DNA of 64,000 nucleotides from Marsupella aquatica (GCA_973895155.1 OZ316898.1:20161292-20225291), one strand, 5' to 3'. Shown: positions 25,221-38,308, counted from the stretch's first letter. Numbers and translations: made by a program. Notes: generated by a model from the letters alone, not told the origin.

Positions 25221-28200
25221 AATCGAGGGAACAAGTAAAGTTACAATGTCCAGCCGTCCATCCAGGAAGCAACACAAGAGAAGGTTCTACGAATCGGGTC
25301 AGAATGCACTGTACACGACTATTGTAGATAGTTTTAATCATAAGCACCCCAATCTTTCTAAATAAGTTATCCAATATTGAAAGTTGAAACATGACATGTA
25401 CACTTCTCTCAAGGTAGAAGAAACAGTGGTGAAACAATCTCTCCTAGTGCCAAATGGAGATTATGTATATCACGTGCCAAGGACAAAAAGAGTCAAACCA
25501 GGATCCTCAGGGCACGAGACCCAATCAAGGAGAACAAACCAGGAAGGAGCCCCTAAATTCCTACTGTACTTCCTGGTGACGAGACTGTTAATTAACATGT
25601 TTCGCAGGCAAGGTAATAAGGAATAGCTATCATTGTTTCCAAAAATTGTTTCCTTATCAATAAAACAAGTAATTGCACATAAAAATATGATATATACCAT
25701 GTATGACACCCCTGCATACCATGATAACCATAGTATTTTTCTTTCAATCAATGAATACAACCACATTTTGATTGATGTGTGATTACCAGCAGGGATAAAA
25801 CAATGGATCACTAAAGACTAAATAAATATTCTTCCTCCATCAATGCGCAGGAACAGTGAACTGTTGTCATTTCCGTACTTCAAATTTTGTAATTTTCACC
25901 ATGTCCATGTAATTACTCATCAAAATGTGACCATGTATAGTGAATAATATTTTAAACTGAGTGATTGGGTTTATTATAGTATGTAGTGAAGTGAAATGAT
26001 AGTGATATAGGGTGCCATATAATGATGTGTCATTTCGGGGATCCATTTGTACCTCTGGGAATGATATCCTGTGTTTTTGAGGAGAATGCCCTTATTATTC
26101 CCAATTACCCTAATACAGGTTCCTGTTTCCAGGTCCAAATACTACTAGTTCATTCATTCAGTCAATAATAATAGTAGTAGAAAGAAGGTTCTTTGAATAG
26201 GATTTTTGTGGGATTCACACACATTTTATTGGCAGGGGGCAGGAGGGGCCACCAACCTCAGCTAATGGGACCAGCCCTGATTCCGACCCAAAACCCAAAA
26301 TTGAATGGCACTCGTCAACAGGATTGAGTGGGGAACCTACTAGCAATTATTGCTCCTGGTTTGGGGGATCAGCGACCACCTACGACAAGAGGAACTAAGA
26401 CTGGTCGGCCCTACAGGAAAAATAAACATTTTCTATGATCCAACTATTTTGAGTACACACTAAACATAATAGACACACAGTTGACATCACTCACATACTC
26501 CCACGTAAGGCCTTGAGTAGGAGCATGATCTTTTGAGACAGGGCAAGGCCTTGTGTCCTCCACTTGGCAATCCCAACGTTTCTTATTGTATTACTTATGT
26601 GGCAAGCTAGGCATAATATATAGAGTGTGGGATGGGATGGCACAATAGAAACCTTAAATAAGGTATAAGGTGCGAATGGGGCAACTGAGATTTAAAAATG
26701 TTCATTTACACAGTTTTTTTTATCTAGATACATACCTTGGCATTTTCTTGGTTTAAAGATTGCATTGTCATCTTTGTCCAGTACTACTCTAGCTAAGCAA
26801 ACTATCTGTAGTTAACTTGAAACAATTTGACTATCAACCTATGGCCCTAGGTTTCAGCATTATTGGATGATTGGCCATGTCCTCTACCCTACCTGCACCA
26901 ACCTTTCCAGTCTCTTGATAATGGGTTGGGACTCTTACTTTGCTCCCGTTATGCCACCTCCTGGCTGGCTGGACCACTCCCTGTCCCCGCTGGTCAAGGG
27001 TGAGAGAGGGTGTTGAGGTTTAACTTGCACATGGTGACAATCATCTGATAATGAAAGCCTAACTAGATATTAACAGTTGGATCATTCCAAATTATCCACA
27101 ACTACTTTGCCTAATCAACAGTGAAACAATTGACTGTATAATAATTAGACAAAATATTAGCAAACTATATTAATAACTAGAACAAAAATGAAAAAGATAA
27201 ATCTTAGCAAATGTAAACAGCTATCATGCATTCAACAACTTGAGTGAGGGGAGCTTTCTGAGAACCATATGGCAACAGTTATTTTTTCTTCTATGTGGGA
27301 GATGTAATCCTAGCCATTCAAATGTGGGAACAGACCACACTTCACTTTACATGAATTGGGGGACACAATCACCATAAACCTATGCTAGTCATCTACCAGT
27401 AAGCCCCTTGTGGGTCCTTTTCTATCAGTGTGCATGTGCTTTTGTTCAAAAAGAATTGAAGAATTGACCAAGCAAACATTTGGATTCAGGGACTTTGCAA
27501 TTATCATCTCCAGACCTAACACATTTGGCTCAAGCATTTTAACTTTAGTGAGACATTTTAACTTTAGTATATGCTTTTGATGGAGATACCCAGAACGGCC
27601 CCGCCATCTTGTAAAGCCCCCCCTCAGAGAAGCTTCTGACTTACATGACAAGGCAGAGTAGCTCTAAAGACCTTCTGCTCAACGATAAAAAAGGAGTCCT
27701 ACGGAATCTTTTTCAACTCTCCATCTTCATGACACGGCAGTACCGTCCTTACAAATGGAGCAATCATTTTCACATAAGCCTGTCTCCTCATTTAGAGCTC
27801 CCCACCTCTGCCTAATTGCATGAATAGTCATATGATGTCATTCTTCCCCTTGAGGGGTTGCAAATGTCGCCTTGGTGCGAGACCTGACGCGAATGAGGAT
27901 ACATTGAGGACCTATGGGGAAGTGGAGGTGGCCACTTGGCCATACTACAATAAAAGCAGAAAGAAAGAAGATGGGACTGTTTTGAGCGATTTTACATAGT
28001 TCAATCAATTAATTTATTGTTACAGGTGACGGGTACACCAGATGAAGCATTCACGTTGTGTGTACACATTCAGATAAAACGAGGAATGGAATATTTTCTT
28101 GTGTGTGCATCTGGTTTGGCAGGGGGTCATCTTAATTTCTTTTTTTGTAGGGGCAAGCCAACTCCAAATTCTCAACTCCATGGGCCAACTTTTTGCATGA

Positions 28201-28631
28201 AGACTTGGCAAACACGTTCCATTGAAAGTGGTAAGAATGGATGATTACATGCGACAGCCAACAAAAAACAATGGTTAGTAAATGGTACCAGTACGAGGAC
28301 ATGTTCAATAGGAGTTGGAATAACTTGAGATTTATTATCCTTTCCTATTTGCATGGATGACTCCACATATAGATTAATTAAAGGGCTGCCCAGTACATGA
28401 GTTTTGCTGCACATTGTTCCTTTCCCAAAGGAACTGCATTTCCTACAGCACCTTATAGGGGTAGGTTCAGAACCGGTCCACTAGATCAAAGAGTTCACGC
28501 CAGTGTCTCAACCTATGGCCGTGTCTTAGATTCTGTCCATTCCAATCTTCTAGCCTACGTCTCCCTTCCCCAAAAGCCCACAAAACAAAATGGTTCAACT
28601 CCCTCATCCCAAAATTGTAGGTCCCATGGAC

Positions 28632-29246
28632 CACCAGGTTTGACAAGGTGCTCAGATAGACCAGTGAAACTCACATGGACCACTCTAAAGCATTACTTTG
28701 TACTCAGTTGGTACCTTTTTCTTGGTCATTATACATGTTTGCTGTTCTGGGTAAAATATTTTTGGCCTATCGAGGTCCTAAGGTCGAATGTTGTGATCCA
28801 TGGAGAATCATCTTCCCCTCATCCCAGACTCGTTTCACTAAATGTATTGAATGAAATCTTCTGGAGGTAAAAAATATATACTCCTTGGTTTCTTTGGTGC
28901 CACCAAAAAGAACAAGTCCATAGTTCCATTCCACGAACACCAGGTTTGACAAGGTGCTCAGATTGACCAATGAAACTCGCATGGACCACTCTAACGCAAT
29001 ACTTTGTACTCAGTTGGTACCTTTTTCTTGGTCATGATACTTGTTTGCTGTTTTGGGTAAAACTTATTTGGCCTATCGAGGTCCCAAGGTCGAATATTGT
29101 GGTCCATGGAGAATCATCTTCCTCTCATCCCAGACTCTTTTTCACTGATTGTATTCAATGAAGTCTTTTGGAGGGGTAAACAAAAATATCCTCTTCGGTT
29201 TCTTTGGTGCCCACCAAAAAGAACATGTCCTTCGTTCCATTCCACG
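28632..29246. repeat. 306-bp tandem duplication
   Basis: CACCAGGTTTGACAAGGTGCTCAGAT... starts at 28632 and 28938. The ORF track shows the duplicated peptide (WTTL..YFVLSWYLFLGH.TCLLFWVK). Confidence 0.9.
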
Positions 29247-31502
29247 ATGCCAATGTTTTTGGAGGCAGACCAGACTCTTCTCCTGAGTTTTCTTTCCTGC
29301 CACGGAAAAGAACAAGTCGTTCATTCCCTTCAACGATGCCAATCGGGTCGACGCTTGATTTTTCTTCGAGACTAGAATCGTCGGACAGCGAGAGAGACAT
29401 TCCCCTGTCCAGCTACTGTAGAAACGCAATTGAGGAGTGAAGAGTCAGGCATTGATTCCGAGCCAATTCCCAAATAAAGAAAGGAGTACTGCTTGGGCTG
29501 GGGTGGGCTGGGGTGGGCTGGGCTGAGATCAGAGAAAGCAAAGGCATCCGAAGCAGAAGCTCCAACAGCACCAGCAGGGCAGACTGCAGGCCTAATAATA
29601 AAGGTCCTGCAGATCATCAAAGTCAGATTCTGGGCTTGGGTGGGTCCGCTCCTGCTCCGGCTCCTGCTGGCCATGGAGCTGTGACGACCGCTGCTTTGGA
29701 TCCATTCGCTGGAGTCTTGTTCTGGCCTGGCAAAACGGCTCCTCGATGCTCCTGTGTCTGCTGCCCCCCCACCCCAGCCTTCAACCTTATTCTCTGGAGA
29801 GGAAGAGGAAAGTTACGGAGACCAAATTCCAGGAGATGGGTGACGATTGCTGCCGTTTCCCCTTGCTGTCTCTCAGTCTCTTTCCCGTTCAATATCGGTC
29901 TTCCATCCGGTCCCGGCTCCAGTTGCACTGCATTTCGTCGACTTGTCGTCGAGCCGCAATTGAGGGTCCTCATGGCACTGAGGAAGGGAAGGTGTAGAAG
30001 CCAGGCTACTCTTCTTCTGTGCCTTGCGGGGTTTGACGAGGAAGGCTCCAGGGAAGAAGTACTCTAGCTAGCCAAAGCTGGGGATAGTAGTGTACCGGGT
30101 AGATGTGCAAGTCCGGAATTGGTCACGGCAAGTGTCAGCCGATCCGATTGACTTTTAATAAAGGCTCCACGTAGGTGGTGAAAAAGAAACCGAGAAGACA
30201 GAACTCTGTCCCTTGCTCACTGTTTGGTGGATGAAGTGAAGGGAGAGCGTGCCGTGCGTGTTACTCCCTTTTCCTCGTGGGTTGTGAGTGGTTGTTGAGT
30301 TCTTCCAGAAGTTCCATTGAGGTGCGGTACTTTTGTGTTCGCTTGGAAAGCTACGATCGTGTTCACAGAAGCGGTTCTGGACGCTTCAGGCTGGATGTTG
30401 ATTTCCTGTGGCAGACGCTGGTACTGAAGAAAACAGTCCGATCAGGACGACTGCCCAGGTTGACTCACGTGACTAGAACTTTGAATTGCATCCTCTCAAT
30501 TCTATCTCAGCAACAATTTAATTTACACTTGGAGATGGAAGTTAGCAAGCTGATGTCGTTTAGGTGAATTGGTCGATTTCTCCCATTTTTGATTTTGTTT
30601 TATGTGTAAATGCACGGGCAGGCCAGTGCACAACGGAAGGTTGGGAATCTGCCTCGATTATGTTTGAACTAAACTTTGCTTCAACTACTTTTATTTTATC
30701 AGGCCAACGAAGTGGAAGGACGGCCAAATGAACTCGCTCGATCTCTGAGCTCACGGAGTTCCTTCTCGCCAATTGATTGCCTGCTAGCACATGGAGGGCA
30801 GTGTCGGAACAGTAACTTGAAACTGGGCGACAATATTACATATGCATCCCAGTTATTGGATGATCGGGTTGTCCAATCCGCTACAGGGTGCATAATAGTT
30901 GGTCTGCGTAAAGACCGTCACGAAGGTTCCAGCTCTGAGTTCTCTGTTTGAAAACCATTAGTTAACTTCTCCGTTTCCAAATTCTATTGGTTTGTGCAGT
31001 GGGTGTGTTCTTGCACAGATTCACACCCAAATTTCCCCCAGGTCGGAGGATGGAGGCACACCAATGTCGGACAAATGCATGAAATTCAAATGGACAATTC
31101 AACTTTAGCGAATCTCCATAGCTCTTTCGCGTAAAAAATAACCCAAGGGCACATTTGGATGGGTTCATTCGAAAGGAGAATTTGACGGATTGCCCGTAGT
31201 TCCTTTCGTGTTGTAGCTGCACATCCAGCCTAGCTAAAACTCGGCATAGAGTTTGGAGACGGCATCGTTTTCTGCATGGTGGGATATTGAACCGACGTAC
31301 CAGTAGCTGAAGGATTACGAGGGTCTCTTACCGCGCTCTGCAGGCTTTTGCCTGAGGGTGTGATTATAAGGGCTGAGGAGTCGAGCAAAACCGAGTTTTG
31401 CCTTCGAAGTGGTGGGCTGGCACGTGAGCATTTCATGGGATCTGGAGGGCTCTCGTAGTGTAGAGCAGGGCAGGAGTGGAGGAGGAAGAAGGGAAGCAAG
31501 CT

Positions 31503-33122
31503 ATGGGGAACTGTTTTTGTTTCTCGTCATGGGAGAAGCGTGGGAAGAAGAAAAAGAAGGCGAATGTTTACAGCAGAGATGGTTACTATGCCTCGGGAGC
31601 ATCAAAAGTGCTGGTTTTTAAGGGGGTCAAAGAGGGGGGAGACATCCAGGCTAAATACACGCTCGGTAAGGAGCTGGGCCGAGGTGAGTTTGGCATAACA
31701 TACCTATGCAAGAACAAGGAGACAGGGGAGCTCTTAGCTTGTAAGTCAATCTCCAAAAAGAAGCTGAGGACGGCAGTGGATGTGGAGGATGTCCGGCGAG
31801 AGGTGGCAGTCATGCACCATCTTCCCAAGCACGAGAACATTGTGTGTCTGAAAGGAGTGCACCAGGATGATGGCGCCGTCCATCTGGTGATGGAGCTCTG
31901 TGAAGGCGGAGAGCTCTTTGATCGGATTGTCGAGCGAGGCCACTATAGTGAGCAGAAAGCTGCCAATGTTACAAGGACGATTGTCGAGGTGGTGAAGGTG
32001 TGTCACAAACATAGAGTTATGCATCGAGATCTGAAGCCTGAGAACTTTCTTTTCGCCAATAAGAAGGAAGACTCCCCTCTCAAGGCCATTGACTTTGGGT
32101 TGTCCTGCTTTTTTTCTCCTGGAGAGCGGTTCACTGAGATTGTGGGGAGCCCCTATTACATGGCTCCAGAAGTGTTGAAGAGGAACTATGGCCCGGAAGT
32201 AGATGTGTGGAGTGCAGGGGTTATTCTGTACATTTTGTTGTGTGGGGTGCCACCCTTTTGGGCGGAGACTGAGCAAGGTGTAGCTCTAGCCATTCTGCGG
32301 GGTGCTTTAGATTTCACTAGAGATCCCTGGCCCAAAGTGTCAGAAAATGCAAAGAGTCTAGTGAGGCACATGCTGGAGCCTGATCCCAAGCGGAGATACA
32401 CAGCCCAGCAGGTGTTGGACCATCCATGGCTGCAAAATGCAAAGAAAGCTCCCAACATCCAACTGGGTGACGCTGTGAGGTCCAGATTAAAACAGTTCTC
32501 AGCCATGAACAAACTCAAGAAGAAGGCTCTAAGGATCATTGCAGAGCATCTCTCCGTGGAGGAAATTGAGGGTTTGAGAGAAATGTTTCAGATGATGGAT
32601 TCTGACAATAAGGGAGCCATCACATTTGATGAGCTAAAAGTAGGTTTACATAAAATTGGTTCCACCTTACCGGAAGCGGAGGTGAGAATGTTGATGGATG
32701 CTGCGGATGCGGATGGCAATGGGACCTTAGATTATGCGGAGTTTGTCGCTGCAAGCATTCACCTGAGGCAGATGGACAAAGAGGAACACTTGCAGAAGGC
32801 TTTTGACCACTTTGACAGGAACGGAAGTGGATACATTGACATCGATGAGCTGAGACTGGCCCTGGCTGATGATTTGGGGCCGAATGATACTGAGGATTAT
32901 GTCTACGAAATTATGATGGAGGTGGACAAGGATAAGGATGGACAAATTAGTTATGCAGAGTTTGCTTCTATGATGCGTACTGGTACAGATTGGAGGAAGG
33001 CTTCTCGTCGGTACTCTAGAGAGTTGTTCAACAGCTTGAGCACGAAATTGTTTGCTAGGGACGGTTCATTGGCTGTCACCCAAACCAGGCCTGCCACCTA
33101 TTCCCTCCGAGAGCAAAGGTGA
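31503..33122 (+). CDS. CPK: Calcium-dependent protein kinase (CDPK/CPK, group III, CPK13/7/8/10/30-like), 539 aa, single coding exon
   Basis: ATG at 31503 gives MGNCFC (myristoylation/palmitoylation type) plus a polybasic stretch. Kinase motifs [34 protein letters not shown]; junction [16 protein letters not shown]; four EF hands ([48 protein letters not shown]); C-terminal [12 protein letters not shown] typical of group III. Confidence 0.97.
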   Translation: MGNCFCFSSWEKRGKKKKKANVYSRDGYYASGASKVLVFKGVKEGGDIQAKYTLGKELGRGEFGITYLCKNKETGELLACKSISKKKLRTAVDVEDVRREVAVMHHLPKHENIVCLKGVHQDDGAVHLVMELCEGGELFDRIVERGHYSEQKAANVTRTIVEVVKVCHKHRVMHRDLKPENFLFANKKEDSPLKAIDFGLSCFFSPGERFTEIVGSPYYMAPEVLKRNYGPEVDVWSAGVILYILLCGVPPFWAETEQGVALAILRGALDFTRDPWPKVSENAKSLVRHMLEPDPKRRYTAQQVLDHPWLQNAKKAPNIQLGDAVRSRLKQFSAMNKLKKKALRIIAEHLSVEEIEGLREMFQMMDSDNKGAITFDELKVGLHKIGSTLPEAEVRMLMDAADADGNGTLDYAEFVAASIHLRQMDKEEHLQKAFDHFDRNGSGYIDIDELRLALADDLGPNDTEDYVYEIMMEVDKDKDGQISYAEFASMMRTGTDWRKASRRYSRELFNSLSTKLFARDGSLAVTQTRPATYSLREQR

Positions 33123-33846
33123 TTTTCTGTCTATTCTTTGTCGGATTGAGTCATTCATTCGTCAGGTGTCCCCGTTATTCGTCTCCTTGAACCTTCTTCT
33201 GGAGGCTGAGTTCCACTGTGCGCTCTCGTTCGGAAAGAGTCGCGAGGATGCGGTATGTACAGGAACCAATGACGACCACTCTACGATACCCTGTACTTTT
33301 GGAAATGGAGAATCGGCATCTCTAGATCTCTAATTAGCAGATCGCTGGGAAAGTGATCCTTGAAGAGCTGTGAGAACGTTTCCTCGTGCCCAGTGGTGTA
33401 TGTGAACATGCAATAGGAACGAATACCTCGAAAACAGCCACCGACAGGATGGGCGGGAGGGGATGGTGAAGCAGGAATTGCTAAAAGTTGTCTTCTCAAG
33501 TCCGGAGTGGAGTGGCAGCAGAGTTCTCACATTCTGATTGAATGCTTCGGCCCAGACTATTGCACCCATCAATAGTGCTTAATGTATAGGCTGAGGGAGG
33601 AGAAATGGAAATTAGGTTGACCAGTTGTGCAACTGCATGTGTGCTTAGCAAGAGCTAAATTGAAGCTTCGATCGCTGATGCTTTGTAATTTAAACACGGG
33701 GTTATTTGACCTCCCAGCATGATAGGAGACGATGAAGAGAGTTAATGGTTGAGGCTACAAAGTAGTACGGAGCTTTTACGGAAAGGGATCCGTAGGGTAC
33801 GGAATGTCCTTCTCTCTCTCCAGTTTAGTAACTTGGATATAGTCTG

Positions 33847-34238
33847 GGATTTACGAGAAGTTATTGTTCAGATAGGATTTGGGTCAAGATATCAGCAGTG
33901 ATTCGTTGAATGCAGCAGGTCTCAGCAGGCCTCAGCACGGAAGAAAGGGGGAATTTACCAGAAGTTACCCTTCAGATAGGATTTGGGTCAACATATCAGC
34001 AGTGATTCGTTGAATGCAGCAGGCCTCAGCAGGCCAAAAAGGTGGGATATACGAGAAGTCAACCTTCAGTAAGGATTTGGGCCAACATATCAGCAGTGAT
34101 TCGTTGAATGCAGCAAGCCTCAGCGGGCCTCAGCAGGCCAGAAAGGTGGGATTAAAGAGAAGTCAATCTTCAGATAGGATTTGGGTTAACATATTAGCAG
34201 AGATTCGTTGAATGCACCAGGCCGCGGGCCAGAAAGGT
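33847..34238. repeat. ~100-bp tandem array x4 downstream of the CDPK
   Basis: The unit GAGAAGT...TTCAGATAGGATTTGGGTCAACATATCAGCAGTGATTCGTTGAATGCAGCAGGCC...AAGG is repeated four times. Confidence 0.9.
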
Positions 34239-34624
34239 TTTGTGCTCATCGGTCGGTTACATTTCAAATGAAGATTACATTTCTCATCTGGCAGTCAGAA
34301 TCCAGTTCCTGTCTATAATAAAACAATTTTGATATAGTTTCTGGAGGTGGAGAGCTTGTTTTTGACCTACGAGCGAGTTAAGCGTTTGATGTACACCGTA
34401 ATAAGTGGCCTTTACTGATTTAATGCTTGATCATTGCCAATTTCTAGAAGCAAGCTGATTGGTTCTAGACAAGACGCGAACGCAAAAGTAGTCCAACTTT
34501 CCCATCCGAAAGCTCGAGTTTGGGCCTCGGTTTGGCATGCCGAGCTTTACTAGCTGAAATGAGTGGACTAACACCAACGCGGGCACCAACGCATTGCTGT
34601 GGCTCAAGTTAGGAGGTGCTGTTG

Positions 34625-34834
34625 CTCACGTTCCTTTGTTAAGACAGAAGGTGTGGTAAAGGTTTATCGCTGTGAAACTAGGAGTGTCTGTCAGTAGTAG
34701 GGGACATCGATCTGGAGTCGAGAAAGACGATAAAGATACTGGCCTTTTGCTGTACTGACACACTCCTAGTTTAACAGCGACAACCTTCGTTGGATTGATC
34801 CTTTCTTTTCTTGAGGTCCTAATAAGAATGTGAG
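34625..34834. ncRNA. Candidate pre-miRNA-like stem-loop (unverified)
   Basis: 5' arm TCGCTGTGAAACTAGGAGTGTCTGTCAGTA (34667-34696) pairs with TACTGACACACTCCTAGTTTAACAGCGA (34753-34780) with one mismatch and a 2-nt bulge. An outer stem forms between CTCACGTTCCTTTGTTAAGAC and GTCCTAATAAGAATGTGAG. Confidence 0.4.
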
Positions 34835-35819
34835 TTAAGAAAATTAGGACATATTGTCCATCAAGTTCTGATTTCTTACGTCTACTTAGTGAGTTCTAAC
34901 CATGTTAGAGCAATTTGTCACAAGCCAAACCAGTGAAAATCCGGCATAGAAAGAAAATAGTGTAGGAGAGCTGTGTTTTGTAGTGTCTAAGATAGTAGAG
35001 GAGCGAGGAGAGCTATGTTTGTAGTGTCTAAGATAATAGAGGAGCCCCGAGAGGAGCGAGAGCAAAAGGAGAATTGAAGGGAATTGGGATATGGCAGTGG
35101 GAGAAAGTCCATGTGGATTAAAAATCATGGGATCTTGCCCAGAGAGGCATGAGTGTGTGGTATCTCACTTGAGTAGTTACTCAGATTGTGTGGTATCTCA
35201 CTTGAGTAGTTACTCAGAGGTTCTGGTTGATTATTACTTTTCCCTGGGGTTTTGCAGATTTCCCATCTGGATGTTTTTTTTTAAAATTAATGGGATCTAG
35301 TTCGCATGATCATGGTGCTAGAATTGTAGTGTGTGAGCAACCAGAAGAAAATTTACTGTCAGGAGGAAAAACCCCACTTGTCTAGTATACTTTGTCCCGA
35401 GGGGATATGAAATCTTAGACATGCACTAAAAATACAAAAGCAAACAAAAAGCAACAGATATTAAGAATCACTAATGATTTGCAACAACACTCAAACATCT
35501 ACAGTATTTAGCAAAAAATATTGTCTGCTCACATGGTGCGATACCTCATGCGTGAAAGAAAACGTACTCCACCCCTTTGGTGTTAGGAAACCTTTGGCAT
35601 TATCCCACTCTTTCCTTGAGACGACAAATGTAGAATTTGGAAGACAACCATGTAAAGAGAACCACCAAATGGAAAAAATCACAAGACCATTTATCATAGT
35701 TTGTGTGTGCCAAAGTCTTATCATTTTGGTGGCTTGTTGTTGTGGCAATGTCATCATTCCTACCACCTCTTGTAAGTGTTGTTGGAGGGTGAAGGTTAGA
35801 GCAAAGGGACACAGTATGG

Positions 35820-35898
35820 ATGATGGTGGCCATTGCATTGCAGAGTCCAAGTATGGTTTGATGGTGGCCATTGCATTGCAGAGTCCAAGTATGGTTTG
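35820..35898. repeat. 39-bp perfect tandem duplication
   Basis: TGATGGTGGCCATTGCATTGCAGAGTCCAAGTATGGTT occurs twice. Confidence 0.85.
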
Positions 35899-37755
35899 AG
35901 CGCCCTGGTCTGGGTTCCCTACAGAAAAACTCTCACATTGGGATGTGGGGAGTCTAATTGTATTTCCTCCCCATTTTAGTTCAAGACAAAAAAAGTATGG
36001 TTTGAGCAATAGTTTTAATTTTTCATTGTCTAAGTTTTTTCTCTGTTTTATTATTTGTAATCAATAAATATATCTTTTTTAATTCTATACATACTATCAA
36101 AGTTTTTCGGAAATATCTTTAATTTCATTTTTCATTTAATTTCAATTTGATTTACTAAATTTTTTTCTTTGTGGGTGCCTAGGTGTTATGATCCTATTAC
36201 TAGTATACAAGTGTATGTAGACAGTATAGTATGACCCTACTACGTAGACAGTATATTATGATGGCTATACCAAACACGTAGGATTCTAGTTATGATGACT
36301 CAATTTGGAATATGACACCATTCCCTCACATTACTGGCGAAGGTCGTCTGGATTGATCGATGATTCTCCGACGAAAGCTCCTGACGCCGTGTTGTATCCC
36401 CACAGTCAAAGCATTAATAAATGTTGCTTTTCTGAACTGTTTCCCTAGTAGACTGGTCTTCTTCCAATCACAGAAGGATCTGCGAAACCGGAAGCCTCCA
36501 GAGCAGCTTCTGCAGAGTTGTTGAATGAGAGCTCGAGCCACTCGGGAGGAAGGGTCTGCATGATTGCAGTTCATGGGAGTGGTCCCGGTGAGACTGGACA
36601 TGTGCAGGAATAGCGGTTTCCATGGAAGGGCCATTGGCTTCTTCCGTGTCCAGCCGTCTCAAATGGTGTTGGGTGCTACGTTCAGCTCGCCAGGTCGATC
36701 TATTGCAAGGAGGAAATCAGATTGGAACCCTCCCAGAATTTCGGTACACCCCTCTCGTTGAAGTTTTGTTACGGTGCCCCCGGGTCCATGGTTCGACTGC
36801 GTTTCCAAACAGAACAAATAGGAAACGGTGAACCTGAGCATTGGTTCAAAGTCAATCGCCCTCACGCATTGATTTCAAGATAATTGAGTAACGATAGATC
36901 CAAGTATGTTCAATAAATCACCGTGAGAGTCACTTTCTCGTGTGTAATCTATGTGGGGATTATGTAGGTCTCCGGGCCAAGTTGGCGATTTGTTGGTGTC
37001 TCCAGGAGAAGTACAGCAGACCTGTAGTGAATGCGAGAGTGAATGTAGGAGCTGGACTATCTCGATCCTCCCTTTCCATTCGCAATTCATTTCCAGTATT
37101 CTGATCAGCGGAGCCGCTTTCATTCATTCAATATATTTCCTCAGCTTTTCGGTTCCCAATTCGGAGGCAGCAAACCCTCAAGTTCTGTCTTACACATACA
37201 CAGTATACATATTATCGGAGGAGAGGTGTTAACATAGAAGGTAGAGCTGGGAAAAAAGAATTTCGATCAGTAGATGCACAAAATTTCGGATCCACTCATG
37301 GATCAGGAAATGAGATTGTGATTTCATCAGGTTTTCGTGTTGTGTTCTTGAAAGCCCATAAACTCACTGAGCTCTGTTCTACTAGACAGTATGCATTTTC
37401 TATCATAATATATAGGTAGAGGGAGAAACTTTTGAACATAGGAAAGGAATTGAATCGCTTTGTCGATAAGGCGTTCAGGTCTTCAGGACATAACAGCTAA
37501 ATGGAAAAACAGGAATTTGATCATGACAGAAACAGAGCTCTCTATAGAAGTTGAGCCAGATTGTAACAAGGAAACCAGGCGTCTGCAGATGTACAGGCAT
37601 GTAATTAAAGCTAGGTATGGTGGGGTTAGTTCTTTCTCCCGTTCTTTCTGTGTTCACTAGTGTCATCGATGTGTTCACTAGTGTCATCGATTTCTGCTTT
37701 CTTTGCTGCGATCCGACCAGGACAACTGAATTCGGTCTGTGGAGCAGACTAAAAG

Positions 37756-37972
37756 ATGTATCGAGCTATTGTTCAGCGTGGCTACAATGCTGAAGATCCA
37801 GAGTCGAATTTGGAATTGGTCTCGAAGCCTATTCCAACTGCGGCTCCTGGTTACGTGGTTGTCCATATCACTATGCGGCCAGTAAACCCGTCCGACATGA
37901 TCGCCATTCGAACAGGTCGAGTGGCCAAAAATCATCAGAGTCCAACTCCTGGCAGTGAAGATTGTTGAAACG
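37756..37972 (+). pseudogene. First exon of an MDR-superfamily oxidoreductase (trans-2-enoyl-CoA reductase/quinone-reductase-like), frameshifted and truncated
   Basis: MYRAIVQRGY..NLELVSKPIPTAAPGYVVVHITMRPVNPSDMIAIRTG..PTPGSE matches the GroES-like N-terminus (PVNPSD, PG.EG.G.V). After GSE the frame shifts; ATT GTT GAA ACG|GTAAGC resumes IVET followed by a splice donor. No further exons were recognised. Confidence 0.75.
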
Positions 37973-38308
37973 GTAAGCCATTGCTACTGGCTTGCACATA
38001 ACTTTTTCTTTTTCTTCTACTGAAATCTGAAATCTGGCTGGCATATAATGAACTTATGGAAGTAGTCAGTATGAACCTCGAGGGAACTATTTTACTAAAT
38101 AACAGTTTTCACATGATCCGAAGCGAAGCTTTGTCTCTCTGTCTAAGGCGACTCAAATCTGCTAGCTTTCATGGAGGGAGCATAACGCAGCCTGACGGGA
38201 AATTTTATGAACCTGGCTGTCCCACACTCAGATCACAAGGTACAGCTAGGTTCCGCAATCTTGTCAGTAAGACCTGGCAGTAAAATCTGATACATCCAAG
38301 TTAATCCA

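Noticed and set aside
27385-28414. Possible decayed transposase or gene on the minus strand
   Set aside because: Protein-like fragments are broken by many stops and have no motif I can name.
31476-31502. GTG-initiated N-terminal extension of the CDPK in the ORF track
   Set aside because: The ATG at 31503 gives the MGNC myristoylation motif expected for CDPKs.
31586-32945. Antisense ORFs over the CDPK
   Set aside because: Shadow ORFs of a coding sequence with no independent evidence.
36326-36865. Short minus-strand ORFs that might be a gene fragment
   Set aside because: No recognisable family and no consistent frame or splice pattern.
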